64,000 bases of DNA from Gracilinanus agilis (lineage: Eukaryota): positions 356,216,062 through 356,280,061 of the forward strand of contig NC_058130.1 of assembly GCF_016433145.1 (NCBI RefSeq), read 5' to 3'. The position numbers and the translations under genes were made by a program. The stretch's first letter is position 1; every line of letters begins with the position of its first letter. The notes under the pieces were generated by a model. That model was not told the DNA's origin. It searched no databases and saw only the letters and a list, made by a program, of their open reading frames with translations. Positions 25,161-39,032 of the stretch are shown in pieces.

Positions 25161-27159
25161 AAATAATTAAGTTCAAAGGTCATTTTTGGTAGCATGAAAT
25201 GGGATACAGGATAGCACATGAATAGTGAGCTAACTCACTACTGCTTCCAAAGTTCTTACTATTTTACATAATGACCAATAAAATACACGTGAACCTGCAA
25301 TCCTCAATCCAGTTTCTTAGGAATTGTTTCACACAACTGAACCCACTACAACTAGTAGTAGTATAAGTAGCAAGGTAGGCAAAAAAGACCATATGTAAAA
25401 TAAATCTAAATCTTTAGCCAACTCTCATTCTTACTTTTGCACTGGGAATAGATGAGAGAGAAGTAGGGAAGAATAATAAGGCAATGAAGAAAATCACCAG
25501 CTTCCACCTAGTTCCAGCTCTCTAGCTACAGAGCTAACAAGCCTGCATCTTTCACAGGCTTTAAAAAAACTCTGTTTCTCTTTTTAAAATATCTTTTGTG
25601 AAACATACACTCTAAATGACATCACAGTCATATTCTATTTCTTTTTACTTGGCTAGCAATGAGATTTTTGTATTCATCTACTAGAAAAAACATTTCTTTA
25701 CCAAAGAGGCAAAAGAGAATGGTTGAGAATATAAATTCCCTACTAAGGTAAAACACAGTATTTAAAGAATTCATTCAAAAAAAAGGTGACTAACAAAAAA
25801 AATGCCAAAAGTAAACCCTACTGCTTTTTCCCTCTCTTGTAACTGATTACATTAAATCATGCAGCATAATTTGTTTACAGGCAGCACTGCACCAGTCAAC
25901 TTTTCAGATAACTTAAGTTTACCCCCTTTAAACACAAAATTAGTTTTTAAGCTTTCAGAAAGGAATCTCTCTAAAGAATACTATACGATCACCTACAAAG
26001 CAAAAAATAATGAAAATAATTTAATTTTTTATCAATTATGAGCATTATTATTTTACAATATAGGACAATAACGAGGGCTGTTTATCCCTACACTAAATGG
26101 TCCCAAATTTCTAGATTATTTTTATTGTTGTTTCCCTCTTCTCCACAGTTATTAGATTATATGGGTCACTTTCTGTTGCAGTCAGTATCTCCCCTCTTTT
26201 TATATTAGTAGCTTATAATTTGCTTAGCCATGAAAAAGACAAGATAAAATTTTGCTAGGATTACTGTCTAAATAAGTGTAAACAAGATTTTAGTGAGTGC
26301 TTGAGGGAATCCCTCAAAAAAGAGCTAAAAGAAATTCAGTACACAAACTCTGTGGCATCTATTTTGGCTATTGGTATCCTTTTGGTTTGCATCCTGGTTC
26401 TCAGCCCTCTTCTGGGTAACTAAGGTTGATAACTTATACATAGATAATGTATTATGGTAATGTCAAAGAAAACCACATTAATTGTTTAAGCTGTTGTTAT
26501 GGATGCTTCTCCTAGGGCTCTGGACTAAGCCCTCTTCTCCCCTCAATTTACTGACTCTTTTGGCATTTTATCCATTACCATAGTTTCAGTCATTGTTTCT
26601 AAACAGACACCCTCATTTTAGATACACTCTCTAGGTCAATCTTACTGTTCAATCTAGAATAATCTAAACACACACGAGTAGAAAGAAGAGCTCCTCAAAT
26701 CTTCACTACCAATCGATAACGGGGAACTTGCTCTGTGCTTCTTTCAGTGACAGAGAAACACCAACATTAATGGAGAACAGAGCATTATCTTACAAGTAAA
26801 CAGTTTTCATCTGGTTCAAACAAAACCACATGAGTAAAAAAGAGGTATTGCTACAAAATGCATATAAGATACTTCAAAAAGGAAAAATAATTGTCAACTC
26901 CACTATTATATTTAGGATTTTCCAGTTGTCAAGTATTCTGTTATGGCAGGTATACCATAACATTGTATATTATGGTTATGTCTGTGATTGGCAGTTTCTA
27001 AAGTGTTTTTTTCAATTCAGCAATAACCATGCTCAATGCAAGAAGGTGGTATAACCTGCTAAAATTATTCTCAACTTGTGGTTCAAGAAAAATGATACAA
27101 AATTATAAAATAAATTCCTAAGAAAATCTAATTAATAAGAATTCCACATTTTGATATCA

Positions 27160-27830
27160 CCTTACAAAAGAAAAAGAAAGCAATTAAAAATATTAAATGG
27201 TCAACTGCTGGGTTTGTACCCCAAAGAGATAATAAGGGGAAAGACTTGTACAAAAATATTTATAGCCACGCTCTTTGTGATAGCAAAAAATTGGAAAATG
27301 AGGGGGTATCCATCAATTAGGGAATGGCTGAATAAATTGTGGTATATGCTGGTGATGGAATATTATTGTGCTGAAAGGAATAAAGAACTGGAGGAATTCC
27401 ATGTGGACAGAGCGAAAGGAACAGAACCAGGAGAACATTGTACACAGAGACTGGCACACTGTAGCACAATCGAATGTAATAGACTTTTCTACTAGCAGCA
27501 ATGCAATGATCCAGGACAATTCAGAGGAATTTAGGAGAAAGAACACTATCCACATCCAGAGAAAGAATGTGGAAACAGAAATGGATTAGAAAAATGTGTG
27601 TTCGATCACATAGTGCAATAGGGATATAATTAGGGTTTGATGTTAAAAGATCACTCTACTGCAAATATGAATAACATGGAAATAAATAGGTTTTGAACAT
27701 GTATAACCCAGTAAAACTGCTTGTCAACATCAGGAGGGGGTAGGAAAGAGCAGGTAGAGGGGATCATGAATCATGTAACCATGGAAAAAATATGATAAAT
27801 TTTAAAAAGGTTAAGTAAATAAATAAATGC
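27160..27830 (+). mobile_element. L1 3' end (end of ORF2 plus 3' UTR)
   Basis: LLGLYPKEIIRGKTCTKIFIATLFVIAKNWK...; shared L1 3' UTR. Confidence 0.9.
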
Positions 27831-29334
27831 ACAGTCACAATGGATTTATCTACAAACAACAATGTATATTAATTTAACTCAACTACTATTTATTGAGCAA
27901 CAAAATTCACTGTATGGTACAAAGACTGTATTTCAGGCCAAACATCAAGCATCTCCCAGTTTTACTGAAGAAAGAACACCAGACTATATGAAACAACTGG
28001 GAAAAAAATGTGTGAAACAGAATTTAATCATATTACTGAAATGCAGGTAATATATCCACAAAGGTTAAGTATATTGCTATTAGTTATCTCACTATAGAAA
28101 TGGTACAAAAGAGAATCATCTACAAGTCCTCCTTTGCTCTCAAATGAATAACTCCCAAAAAAGATTTCTTAGAGAATTCACAAATCTATCATAAGCTCAG
28201 AGACAAAATAAATATGCTATTAAGTGCTTATATGGATACAAAAATAAATATTTGTTCGGCTTTCAAGTTACTACAATATGCCAAAGGTACTAGTTAAATT
28301 CATGCATCACCAGCATAGTATTTTGAGAGAATTTTTCCATGAGGTCATTTACTACTGTTCACTTCAGGGTACCAATAATAAGTTTCTATAGAATTATGCA
28401 TGACAGTTATTGAAATTTCAATAGAACAAAGATTCTGTGTCTGTTTAAAGTAAAATCAAGTTCATTTTTAAATGGGAGAAGTAGCCTTTGGGGATACAGA
28501 AATTGCAACCAAGTCTGTAATCTTTGCACAGCTTTGCAAGTTGTAACAGGTAAAAAGTTATTATGCCAAGTTCCCCAATAAAATAGGATTCCATCAACAA
28601 ATGGCTGCAAATGGTCATATACAATGCTCACCAATACAAAATTTTATGACAAATTTTCCAGAACAGTTCTGGAAAACCAAAGCTTTGTTTGTTTGTTTAC
28701 ATCTTTAAGGAAAGTACAAGCATGCCCCCTGAGGAAGTTGTCCATTGTCATTTTGCAGTATATTTCATTGACGTTATAAACAAAACCCACTATAAAGTTT
28801 TATAACACTATTAAGCTGATAATTCTATAGTAGCTCTGTCATAAATGGACTATTATAAGGTCTGTTTCTCAAGCATTTGTGGAACTATTAAAGGAAATTA
28901 AACAAGGTACACTCTAACATACCTAAAAAAGTCTGTAAGAGAATTCTTGGCCAAACTAATTGTTCTAAATTTCTGCTTACCTCTCTCCCATCTCACCCAC
29001 ATCAAAAGAATAAGAACATTTTAAGCTTCCAAAGCACTTATCTTTACAATACACAAATAGGGAAGAACCAATAACTGAGAGATGACATCTCTCAAATTCG
29101 TTTTAAAGTATCTCTTTTTACCTATTACTTATTCCCAGTGGCCAAGTGTCAGATCTATTTTATTTCTATTTTCTACAGCACAGAAATACAATTTTTAGCA
29201 ATGTACACATGATGAGAGTGAGGGATAGCCAATAAGCACCCTACATGCTTCACTGGTATCCAAACCATTCTAAAAGAATGCCCTCACATAGGGTTTCCAG
29301 AAGGGCATGGATGTTGTGATCTGAATCACTAGAG

Positions 29335-29542
29335 CAGGGATCAGCAACCTTTTTGGCCATGAGAGCCATAAACACCACATTTTTTAAAATGTAATTTCGT
29401 GAGAGCCGTACAGTGCTCACAGTGTGCGCTCCTGTAACAGCACCTGAAAAAAAAATTGACTTTATGGCTCCTGCAGAAAGAGCCATATCTGACCCTCAAA
29501 AGAGCCAGATATGGCTCGAGAGCCATACGTTGCCGACCCCTG
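29335..29542. mobile_element. hAT (Charlie-type) non-autonomous MITE, 208 bp
   Basis: TIRs CAGGGATCAGCAAC / GTTGCCGACCCCTG (12/14); perfect 8-bp TSD CACTAGAG at 29327-29334 and 29543-29550; subterminal GAGCC/GGCTC repeats. Confidence 0.92.
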
Positions 29543-30974
29543 CACTAGAGGAACATTCACATCAATGAGATTACAGACTCATTTAAGTACGGAAATCCAC
29601 ATTATAGCAGAACTCAAATGTCCTATTATTTCTTAAAATTAGTTTGTCTATGCCAAGAATTTAGTATATTCTGAATATTTTAAAAAGACAAAATAATGAG
29701 AGTCTACATTCATTTGTGATGCTACAAAGTTTCCTCATAATCTTATGAGGCAAGTCACAAATTGCTAACCCTATTTTACATATGATGATACTGAGGTTCA
29801 GGGGGCAGACTAACATTACTTGTATTGTCCTAAACTTGAACAGAGACCTTATGACTGCAAGACCAGTGTTCTCAGCACTATAGCACTCTGCCTTCCAATA
29901 AATACTACATTTTCTTAATAGAATAAAATTTCCATTCATTATTGCACCAAATACATATGGGAAACCCCTTTATTTATTGAAATGTCTATCAGAGATTATT
30001 TTATAATCACACATTGATTGCAGAAAAGCATCCACTGAACACAAAGAATTTAAGGGCCCTAGACTTATACCAATACATCATCCCCACAGCAGTTAGAATA
30101 CCAAGACCCCATGTGATATGTTACAACTAAAATCCAATACTGTAAAGCTCTTGTTTTACCCATATCCTCAAGTTCGCAATTGTGGAATTATCCTCTATTA
30201 TTTTCTGTTCTCCACTTCTCATCCACTTGGTTAGAAAGACACAATGATTTTACCTTTTTGATCATTAACCAGCTTGAGCCCACTGCTAGAAAACCACATG
30301 GCCACTAGGCATGAGGATAAGTCTATAAGAAGAACTGAATCTTTTACCTTTAACTTTGTAAAAAATCTTTCTCCCAAGAGGCATATTTGTTCAGAGGGTA
30401 TCTGGAAATTATGTCCAGAAAAAATTAAGAAGACAGAAAATTCCATTTTCCTACTTGCCCTCAAAATGTATAAGGCAATTTGCCTTGATGATAAATTTTA
30501 AATGTTGCTAGTAATTGAGGACTACTGAAAAACTTACCCAAAAACCTACCATTTTAGAGACTCAAAATGATAAGCAACAATCCTGCTTGACAGGATTTCT
30601 GCCATTAAAATCTTTATTGGTATTTTAATTTTTATTTTCTTCAAATGAAGGACATTTTAAAAATGTGAAATTATTTTCCAATAAAAGTGTTACTTTAAAA
30701 GGCTGTGTTTTAAGTATTATTACACTACACAAGAGGCCAAATCTTTTTCCCAGTGCATGTCTGAGTATAACATGAAATCAATAGAAGGAGCTTACTTTGG
30801 TAGTACGTTAACTAAAAGAGCAAAACTATGGGAAAAACTGAAAAAGAATGATACAAATTTGTGGAGCTTTCCACATTTTTCAAATGTTCATATTTGCTTA
30901 ATGTTTACCAAGTTCATAGTAAAAAAAAATTTAAATTAACAGAAAAATGAGAAAGTAGATTTTCCTTCATAAAA

Positions 30975-31580
30975 AAGTTCCCTGAAAAGACATGTACAAA
31001 AATATTTATAGCTGCACTCTTTGTGGTAGCAAAAAAATTGGAAAATAATTGTGGTATCTGTTGGTTATAGAATAATATTGTGCTCAAAGGAATAATGAAC
31101 TGGAGGAATTCCATGTGAACTGGAACGACCTCCAGGAACTGATACAGAGTGAAAGGAGCAGAACCAGGAAAACCACATACACAGAGGCTGATACACTGAT
31201 ACAATCCAATGTAAGGGACTTCTCTACTAGCAGCAATGCAATGATCCAGGAGGACTCAGAGGGGCTTATGATAAAGAACACTATCCACATTCAGAGGAAG
31301 AACTCTAGGAGTGGAAACACAGAAATAAAACAACTGATTTATCACGTGGGTTGATGGGGAAATGATTGGGGATGTTGACTCTAAACAATCACCCTAGTGC
31401 AAATATCAATAGTATGAAAATAAGTCTTGATCAATGACACATGTAAAACCCAGTGGAATTGTGCGTTGGCTATGGGGAAGGGGGTGGGGGAGGGGAGAGA
31501 AAGAACATGAATCTTGTAACCATGGGAAAATATCCTAAATTTATTAATTAAATAAAAATTTCAAAGATAAAAAAATAAAA
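30975..31580 (+). mobile_element. L1 3' end
   Basis: Same 3' UTR motifs as the other L1 copies; A-rich tail. Confidence 0.88.
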
Positions 31581-34500
31581 AGTTCCTTGCAGTACATCTA
31601 CTATTACCAATACTGCTCCTACTGCTATTTCTATTATCATTCATTTCACTCACATCAAATGATAAAAAGGCAAGGCTAGACAAGGACATTTAAAGTTAGT
31701 CTACATATAATTATTTATAAACAACATTTCAAAGAGGGAACTTAAAGCAAGCAACTGCTATAAAATAAGGCCTATGCTTTTATTCTCTTGATTAAGGTTG
31801 GATTTTTTTTTCCTATGAAAGATACTAATTGGGTGAAAATTAACCTTTCATGAAAAGATATTAAAAATAGCTCTCCACTGTGTTTTGGGTTTTGGTTTGT
31901 TTTGTTTGGGAAAGGAAAGTGTATGAGTCAGGATTTCACTGATATAAGAAACTCCAGGTGTGGAAAATCCCTTCATAGATGCAAACAGGCAAGTTATCTT
32001 AAGCAGGGGCTTACTCCTAGCAGCATCCTTGTGTCAAAAGCAGAACTTGAAAACATGAATTCCAGATCCCACATCTGCCCTCTATCCACTACTTCACAAT
32101 GCTTCACAGGTAAAATTGCAAAGTCTAGTCCTAAAAAAGTTTCTATTCTAATGTCCAGTCTTCTACTCAAAGGATACAAGATGTATACAAATAAATAAAT
32201 ACGAAATTGCTCTGTGGATTAAGGAATGGGTCAGTACTAACAGCTTGGGAGGTGGGGAACTCTAATCTCAGAAAGGTCTAATTTAAGAGGATGGTACTTG
32301 AGCTAAGCCTTCAAAGTAGTTAGCCATTCCAAGAAGTGCAGATAAAGTTGGGAGGCATCCAGTAAAGGAATGAGGAATAAAAAAGCTGTGTATAGGAAAT
32401 CTGCAAACTTAATTGAATCATGCAGTACTATATGTAAATAACACAAAATCAATCTGAAAAGGTAGGCTTGAATCAGGCTGTGAAGGATTTTAAATGACAG
32501 AATTAACATTTTATCCCAGAGGCAATAAGTAGTGGCTAGTAATTAATTCCTTCCTGGTGGGGTGATATAATAGTACACTTGTGCTTTAAAAATATTTATT
32601 TGATAGATACACGGAAGACCATCATAGGGATGGCCAAGAAGACTTTTCCAGAGTAACCCTTTGAAGGTACTTATGATTGTAGATTAACCTTTAGAGATGT
32701 CCATTCTAACTGACATTAAAGATTTCTCAGAACTTAGAATTCAGGTAACTTTAACCATCTCTTTCAATTTGCCATATAACTGAGGTTTTCATTTATTATC
32801 TGTACCAGAAGTTGGAATTCTCCAAGCAATAAGCTGAATTAGTTTACATTCCATTTTGTTATGAGTTTTTAAATGATTAGAAAATATTCCTTTTTTTGTA
32901 GCTTACTGTTCCTTGGTAAAAAGACTGGATAGGTGTGTCAATTATATTCTGTGCAGAGAGTAAAAGTAGTTGAGACATTTGCTTAAAGGGCTACTTGCTG
33001 ATAATTGCAAGGTCTTAACATAAAAATACTAGTATAAAGAAATTAGTTATTCAGTTATGCTATTAATTACATGTTTAGACTCATTTATTAGAGAATTATT
33101 TAGGAATATATTGTTTTTTCTAATGATATTATATAAAATGCCATACTGAATCATATTCCCAAAGTATGTTTTATTCTCCTGAATCTTCATAAATATTTTC
33201 TATGTCCACAAAATTCCTGAGGGAAGGGGGAATAACGAGGGAAGGCTTCTTATCTAAAAGGATATGTCCTCAAATGAAAATGTTACCTAATAACAGGGTT
33301 GCCCTCTGTTTAGACTGGAGTTTTTCCAAAGCTATTATCATGAACCCCTGTCAATAAAAGCCACAGCATCTAATGTTCTCAGTAGTAGATTCATTTGGAG
33401 GTAATAGAGCTTGTCAGCAGCTTATATGTAGCTTTATCATCATGACTACATTAAGTGTCTCACCTCTAATTTATTACTTATTACAAATGCATTTCAGTAC
33501 ATTGTCAAAATAAAATAGGACATTTCCTGGTGTGAGAAGTGAACTTCCTTTTTTAATATTTACTTAGAAAATAAGCTATGACTATATCAAAAGGTATATA
33601 TATATAATTTCCATACACAGTTCCATGCAAAAAAAGTAAGCCAAAAGTATCAGCTTATTATTTCACATGAAGCATAATTTGACTGGATATTAATATTCTA
33701 ATGAAAGAGTCTCTTATAGTTAGTCTAAAATGTATTCTTTGTGTGTGAAGTTTCACATGAATATTGCCAAAAGGCAGTTTTCGTAGCTGCTTTAGAGGAA
33801 GTAAAACATAACCATAAAAAAACTCAGCTTTTCTGGTTCTCTCATTATGGCAAAAAGGAGTAGTATTTTCTTTTTTTTGCATATTTATCATTATTCTAAA
33901 ATAAAAGCATTTCTGGGTAAATTTTTTTAAGCAAATCAATAATTAATTCCATAAAAAACAAGTGCCCTTTGGCAATTTCATCTGAAAAAGAAAAAATAAA
34001 GTAATTTCTTTCCCTCTCATTCAGATCAGTGTCAGAGAAGAAACTTAGAAGTTATTAATGGAATTTATTCAAGGTAATAGTGTTTCTACAAATACTCATT
34101 CAAAATAGTTTGGCTCTAAGATTCTGGAAGTTTCTGGTTCATATAATATGGATGGGCTGGGACAATGGTGTTTACAAATTAGTTGCTAATCCCTTGTGGT
34201 ACCTGACTGATTTGGTAATTCTTCTGTTTCAAAGAAAAGAATCAAATTGTATTGAGTACCAAATGTGTGGCAGAACCAAGCTAGGCACAAATGGAAATAG
34301 AATACATGATGATTCTACCTTTAAACAATTTGACCAGTAGAGACTTGGAGAAGAAATTTCTATATCAAGAACAGAATAACAATATATAGTCATGTATTAA
34401 ATTGTGTGTGAAATAGATGAGCATCACAGAAGTTAAAAAAACAGAAATATCAATGTAGAAAATAGTACTGATATGATGGAAGGAAGATTCCAAAAAGATG

Positions 34501-34984
34501 GGCCTTGAGCTGGGTCCTGAATATGTTATAGGTAGAGACAGGCCAAGCAGAGACAGAGGAAAGTAGTCTAAGCAGAGCACAAGTAAAAAAAGGAGAAATA
34601 GGAGGGGAAGGTAGTAGTAAAAAAGACTGGCTTAAAGAAGCCAAAAATGGGGATACATGAATTAAAAGTGGAGCTAGTTAAAATGTAAGAACTTTTCAAA
34701 GTTCTGTCCTCAACCTTCTCTATTCTCTCTCCACATATTGTTCCTCAATCGTTTGATCTAGTCTTACGGCTTCAGCCCTCATAGATGGGGGTTTCTTTCT
34801 CTATTTCCAAGGCTCAACCTCTCCTGAGCTACATTCCCACATAGAATTGCCTATTAAGCATTTTTACTCAGCTGTACTGTTGTCATCTCAAGCCAAATCA
34901 GATCTTCCTCATGATTTTCCTTTTTCTAGTGATGGGATTATTACCTTCTGATCACCCCAACTCAAAAGGGTCATCCCTAACCAA

Positions 34985-35165
34985 AAAGAAGATTTTTACT
35001 TCTTCCCTTTACCCTTCCCCACCGTGAAGCATAAGAGCTGGGCAATTAGGGTTAAATGACTTTCCCAGGGTCACACAGAGAGGAAGTGTCTGAAACCAGA
35101 TTTAAACCTAGGTCCTATTGACTCCAGACTTGACTCTCTATCTACTAAGCCACCTACCTGCCCCC
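34985..35165 (-). mobile_element. MAR1-like SINE
   Basis: GGGCAATTAGGGTTAAATGACTTTCCCAGGGTCACACAG...CTACCTGCCCC. Confidence 0.75.
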
Positions 35166-35269
35166 ATTAGCATTATTCTTATGCTTCACGGTTATAATAA
35201 GCTCATAGAGGTTCACTTCCTTCAATATTTCAAGGATCTGTGATTTCATTAGTGTAGATGGTCCCTCCA

Positions 35270-36035
35270 TTTGTTGTTCAGTTGTATCTGATTCTTCGTT
35301 ACCATTGGACCATAACATGCCAAGGTCTTCTATCTTCCACTATCTCTCAAAGCCTGTCCAATTTCATATCCATTGTTACCATGACACTGTCAATCCACCT
35401 CATCCTCTGCCTGTCCCCTTCACCTTTTGCCAATAATATTTCCCAACAGGTTCTTTTCCAATGAGTCCTGTCTTCTCATTATGTGGCAAATATCGGATTC
35501 AGTGTTTGACCTTCCAGTGAAGTCTGAATTAATTTATTTAAATATTGTCTGATGTGATCTCCCTATTGTCCAAAAGACTTTTCAAAAGTCTTCTCCACCA
35601 TCACAATATAAAAAAAATCAATTTTTTCAGTGCTCAGCTTTCCTTATAGTCCAACTCTCACAGCCCTTTATTGCTACTGGAAAAACCACAACTTTGATTA
35701 TACAGACCAAGCTAATAAGCCAATAAGACAAGCTAACAATTCTGTTTTTCAGTATACTGTCCAGATTTGCCATGGCATTCCTTCCAAGGAACAAGTGTCT
35801 TTTAATATCATGGCTGCAAGTACCATCTGCAGTGATCTTCAAACCTAGGAATATAAAACCTAACACTGCTTCCACTTCTATTTTCCAAGAAGTAATGGAA
35901 CCAATTGCCAAGATATTAGGTTTTTTTATGTTAAACTTCAAGTCTGCTTTAACACTATCCTCTTTCATCCTCATCAAGAGACTTCTTAATTCTTTACTTT
36001 CTGCCATGAGACAGGTATCATCTGCATATCTGAGA
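35270..36035 (-). mobile_element. BovB-like RTE LINE 3' fragment (RT C-terminus to 3' end)
   Basis: LRYADDTCLMAESKELRSLLMRMKEDSVK...KITADGTCSHDIKRHLFLGRNAMANLDSILK...GCESWTIRKAEH closely parallels BovB ORF; ends ACAACTGAACAACAA. Confidence 0.9.
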
Positions 36036-36988
36036 TCTCTCCCCACCTTAAACAATTATTAGTTACTGTATCAAAAATCTCATTACCTGCTTGCCAACCC
36101 ACTACTGATTAAATTCTTTTAAGCTCACAAATGAAACAAATAATAAATGAGAAAAGAAAAGGAAACAATGGTGGGGAGGTGGTAAATCAAGCAAGAAAGG
36201 CCAGGAATAAGGGCAAAAGAACTATTTCTATGAGGTTCTAGAATAGAACTAGAAGCAGAAAGATGAGACTTAAGCATAGTGTATAAATAGTCAGAAAGAA
36301 AAAGGAGAAGAAATAAAAAAGAAGTGAATAAAGAGAAAAGAATATATAATAATAATAATTTATAAATTTATAAATTGTTCTGTTGTTCACAATAGTATTT
36401 AATATTATCTCTCATTTGGTCCTTTAAAGGCCCTGTGAAATGAGTATGCCAAGTCATTATTATTCCCATTTTGCTGATGTGGAAAATTTCAGAAGTTAAA
36501 AGATTTGTCCAATGTAACACAATAAATGGTCACCTAAGGACTTTATCCTACATCTAATTTAAAATATAATGCTCTTCCTAATAACCATAATCATAAGAAG
36601 AATAAGAAGAGTTAGCATTCAGAGAGAAGAAAGTTTTCAGGTTTTCAAAGTGCTTTACATGTTATTTCATTTTATCTTTACATAAACCAGTGAGATAGGT
36701 ACTGTTAGCCCTGTTTTACAGAGAAGGAAACTGAAGCTTTAGAGGCATAGCATCACAATGATAGTGAATATGTGAAGAATCAAAACTCAGGGCCTTCTGA
36801 CTCCAATCTCAGGACTCTAACCACTATGCAACCTAGATGCCACTGTCCAAGGATACCTGTGCTATAAGTCAGCTGAGCTAAGGGTGCTTAAAGACAAAGC
36901 AAAAAATGGGGAGCAGGCTTTATGGTAGTGAAATTACCTTGCCTTGACAGGGAAAGAAAAAATGTGAAAAAAAAGAGGAATCTCTTAC

Positions 36989-37081
36989 CTGTGCTAGTCT
37001 CCCAGCAGTTTCATTGGTCCAAGCCAGCTTGGTAACTGTCCAGAATGAGTGAGGAGAGGAAAGGATGGAGTTGCCTCTCGA
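36989..37081 (-). CDS. Internal coding exon (93 nt, phase 0-0); SRGNSILSSPHSFWTVTKLAWTNETAGRLAQ
   Basis: Donor CAG|gtaagag; acceptor cttctccagctatag|TCG; 31 open codons, other two frames blocked. Confidence 0.62.
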
Positions 37082-37839
37082 CTATAGCTGGAGAAGCTGA
37101 CATCACCAGGTACTTTTCAAAACCCAATCTATGGCATGGAATTCTTCTTAAGATTTCATTCAGCATATTATTATAGATGATAGATAATTCATGCTGTTCT
37201 TTCTAAAGTCAAAATTCACATTAGCTACAAACTCTCAAAGAATGTATACTTCAGTCACCAATGATTCTCTTTAACTAAGAAATTATAACTTTGCTCTTGA
37301 AACTTTTAAGGAATAAGATCAATCTTTAAGTTTATTAGAATTGTCCTAGCAGTGAAGATATGTCTCAGAAAGCAGCTAGTCAGCACAAGACCCTTCCACC
37401 CACAGAAAACTACAAAGCTGAAAAATTACCTGATGAACCTTTAGTTTTAAAGGCTCATTAGGAGCATAGATCTTGTCAAGGAAGTTTAAGAGTCCTTGTA
37501 GGGAACAAGTTTAGATTTTGTTAGCAAGTAAGTGAAAACCAACTATACTATCTAATCATGATTGGTTGTCTACTGGAAAATGAGCATCCTCCAATTCTAT
37601 TTCATAATGTAGTTGATTTTTATTTAAGAAAAAAGATATCTTAAAAATAAAACTGATATTCTCTGAAACAAATATCATACTGCATTAGGAATTTTGGCCT
37701 CAAAATGAGAGGCATGTCTAGGCACACAACATAAAAGGTCTTTGATTTACTCTCAGATTAGTAACTTTCTACTTTAAAATCTAATAGTCTACAAATAAAA
37801 AGGCCCTATAGGATTCTCTGATATGAGAAATAGTCCAAC

Positions 37840-38340
37840 CCCAAATTATTATGGGGGGTATATTCCTGAAAACATGGGGAAATATTAAACATACAATAAG
37901 AAAACTCTATGATTATGGAATTAAATTGCTGTGAGAAGTGAAGGTAAACCGTTTACAGGAAAATTTGGAGGTACAGGTAGTCTGCAGAGATATAGAATGG
38001 GAAAACACTTAAAGGACCACTCCTGTCTCCCCTTCTCTCTTTACTCTGCCAAAAGAAAGGGTGTGGGAGGTGGAATACTATAAAATATCTCTCTGACTTA
38101 GAAAATAAAAACTATGCCCTATCCCTGTAATGGCAAGACCACTTTGTGTTATGTCTCGTAAAATGTAAATGGGAAGTGTGAAACCAATTGGCCATATATA
38201 CCACATTGTTATTTCTTTTAATAAGAACATCCTTCCTTAAGAACAAGATGGTTAATCATATAACTTAGGAAAACTTGTGTGGAAATTTGTTATAACATGA
38301 AAATGCCAATAAATAAATAAATAAATATTAAAAAAGAAAA
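37840..38340 (+). mobile_element. Old L1-like 3' fragment
   Basis: Degenerate L1 3' motifs and AATAAA/A-rich tail. Confidence 0.45.
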
Positions 38341-38899
38341 AAACAAGATAGATGGAAAAGAAGAGAGAGGTTAAAAACTAGGGAAAATAACAGAGTTCTC
38401 TAGGCAACTTAAAGGATAGACCTGGTGGGTAATCATGAGAGCTCAAAACTGCCAGGGGGCATCAAAAGGGCACGAAGCACTCAATGAGGTAATATATGTA
38501 AACTTTTAAACAAATGTTGTAATATTTTATTATACAATCAGTATAACTCAAACACAACTGTGCCTACAACTAAAAAGACCTATATTCTTAGCACTATTGA
38601 CTCCAGAAAAAGGATTATGAAATAGTCTGGCAGAGATGTCTATTTCCCTCCTCTTTTCATATCAGTTCTCCATTTAGTCCTTTTTCTTTACCAGAAGCTC
38701 TGGAGTTACTATGCATACATAAAATAAAAAAATCCAAATAATGGGTTTTTTTTTTCCAATTCAACAAATATTTATTAAGCCTTAAATGTAAAAGGTATTG
38801 TGATAGGGGGAAAAAACATCCTACCCTACTTTCAGTCAAATAGGGAGAAGGGAAGGATAATATATATATATATATGTATATGTATACATATATATAATT

Positions 38900-39032
38900 A
38901 GCATAATAAACGGTCAATAGGGATCTTTTTTTAATTCTCCATACAAATGTTATTTTTAAAAACGACCAGCATAATAAAAGGTCAATTAGGATCATTTCTT
39001 CAATTCTCCATACAAATGTTATTTAAAAAAAA
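38900..39032. repeat. Diverged tandem duplication, period 68 bp
   Basis: AGCATAATAAA..GGTCAAT..GGATC..AATTCTCCATACAAATGTTATTT starting at 38900 and 38968. Confidence 0.88.

Noticed and set aside
28407-28634. 75-aa protein-like ORF (..YDHLQPFVDGILFYWGTWHNN..)
   Set aside because: Non-ATG start, no acceptor entering it, no recognised homology
30250-30325. 69-nt exon-like segment, ttcttcttatag|AC...AAG|gtaaaa, minus strand
   Set aside because: Open only in phase 1-1, incompatible with the phase-0 upstream exon; likely cryptic
37428-37495. 66-nt minus-strand exon-like segment (LLNFLDKIYAPNEPFKTKGSS)
   Set aside because: Ends in phase 1 but the next exon needs phase 0; weak acceptor
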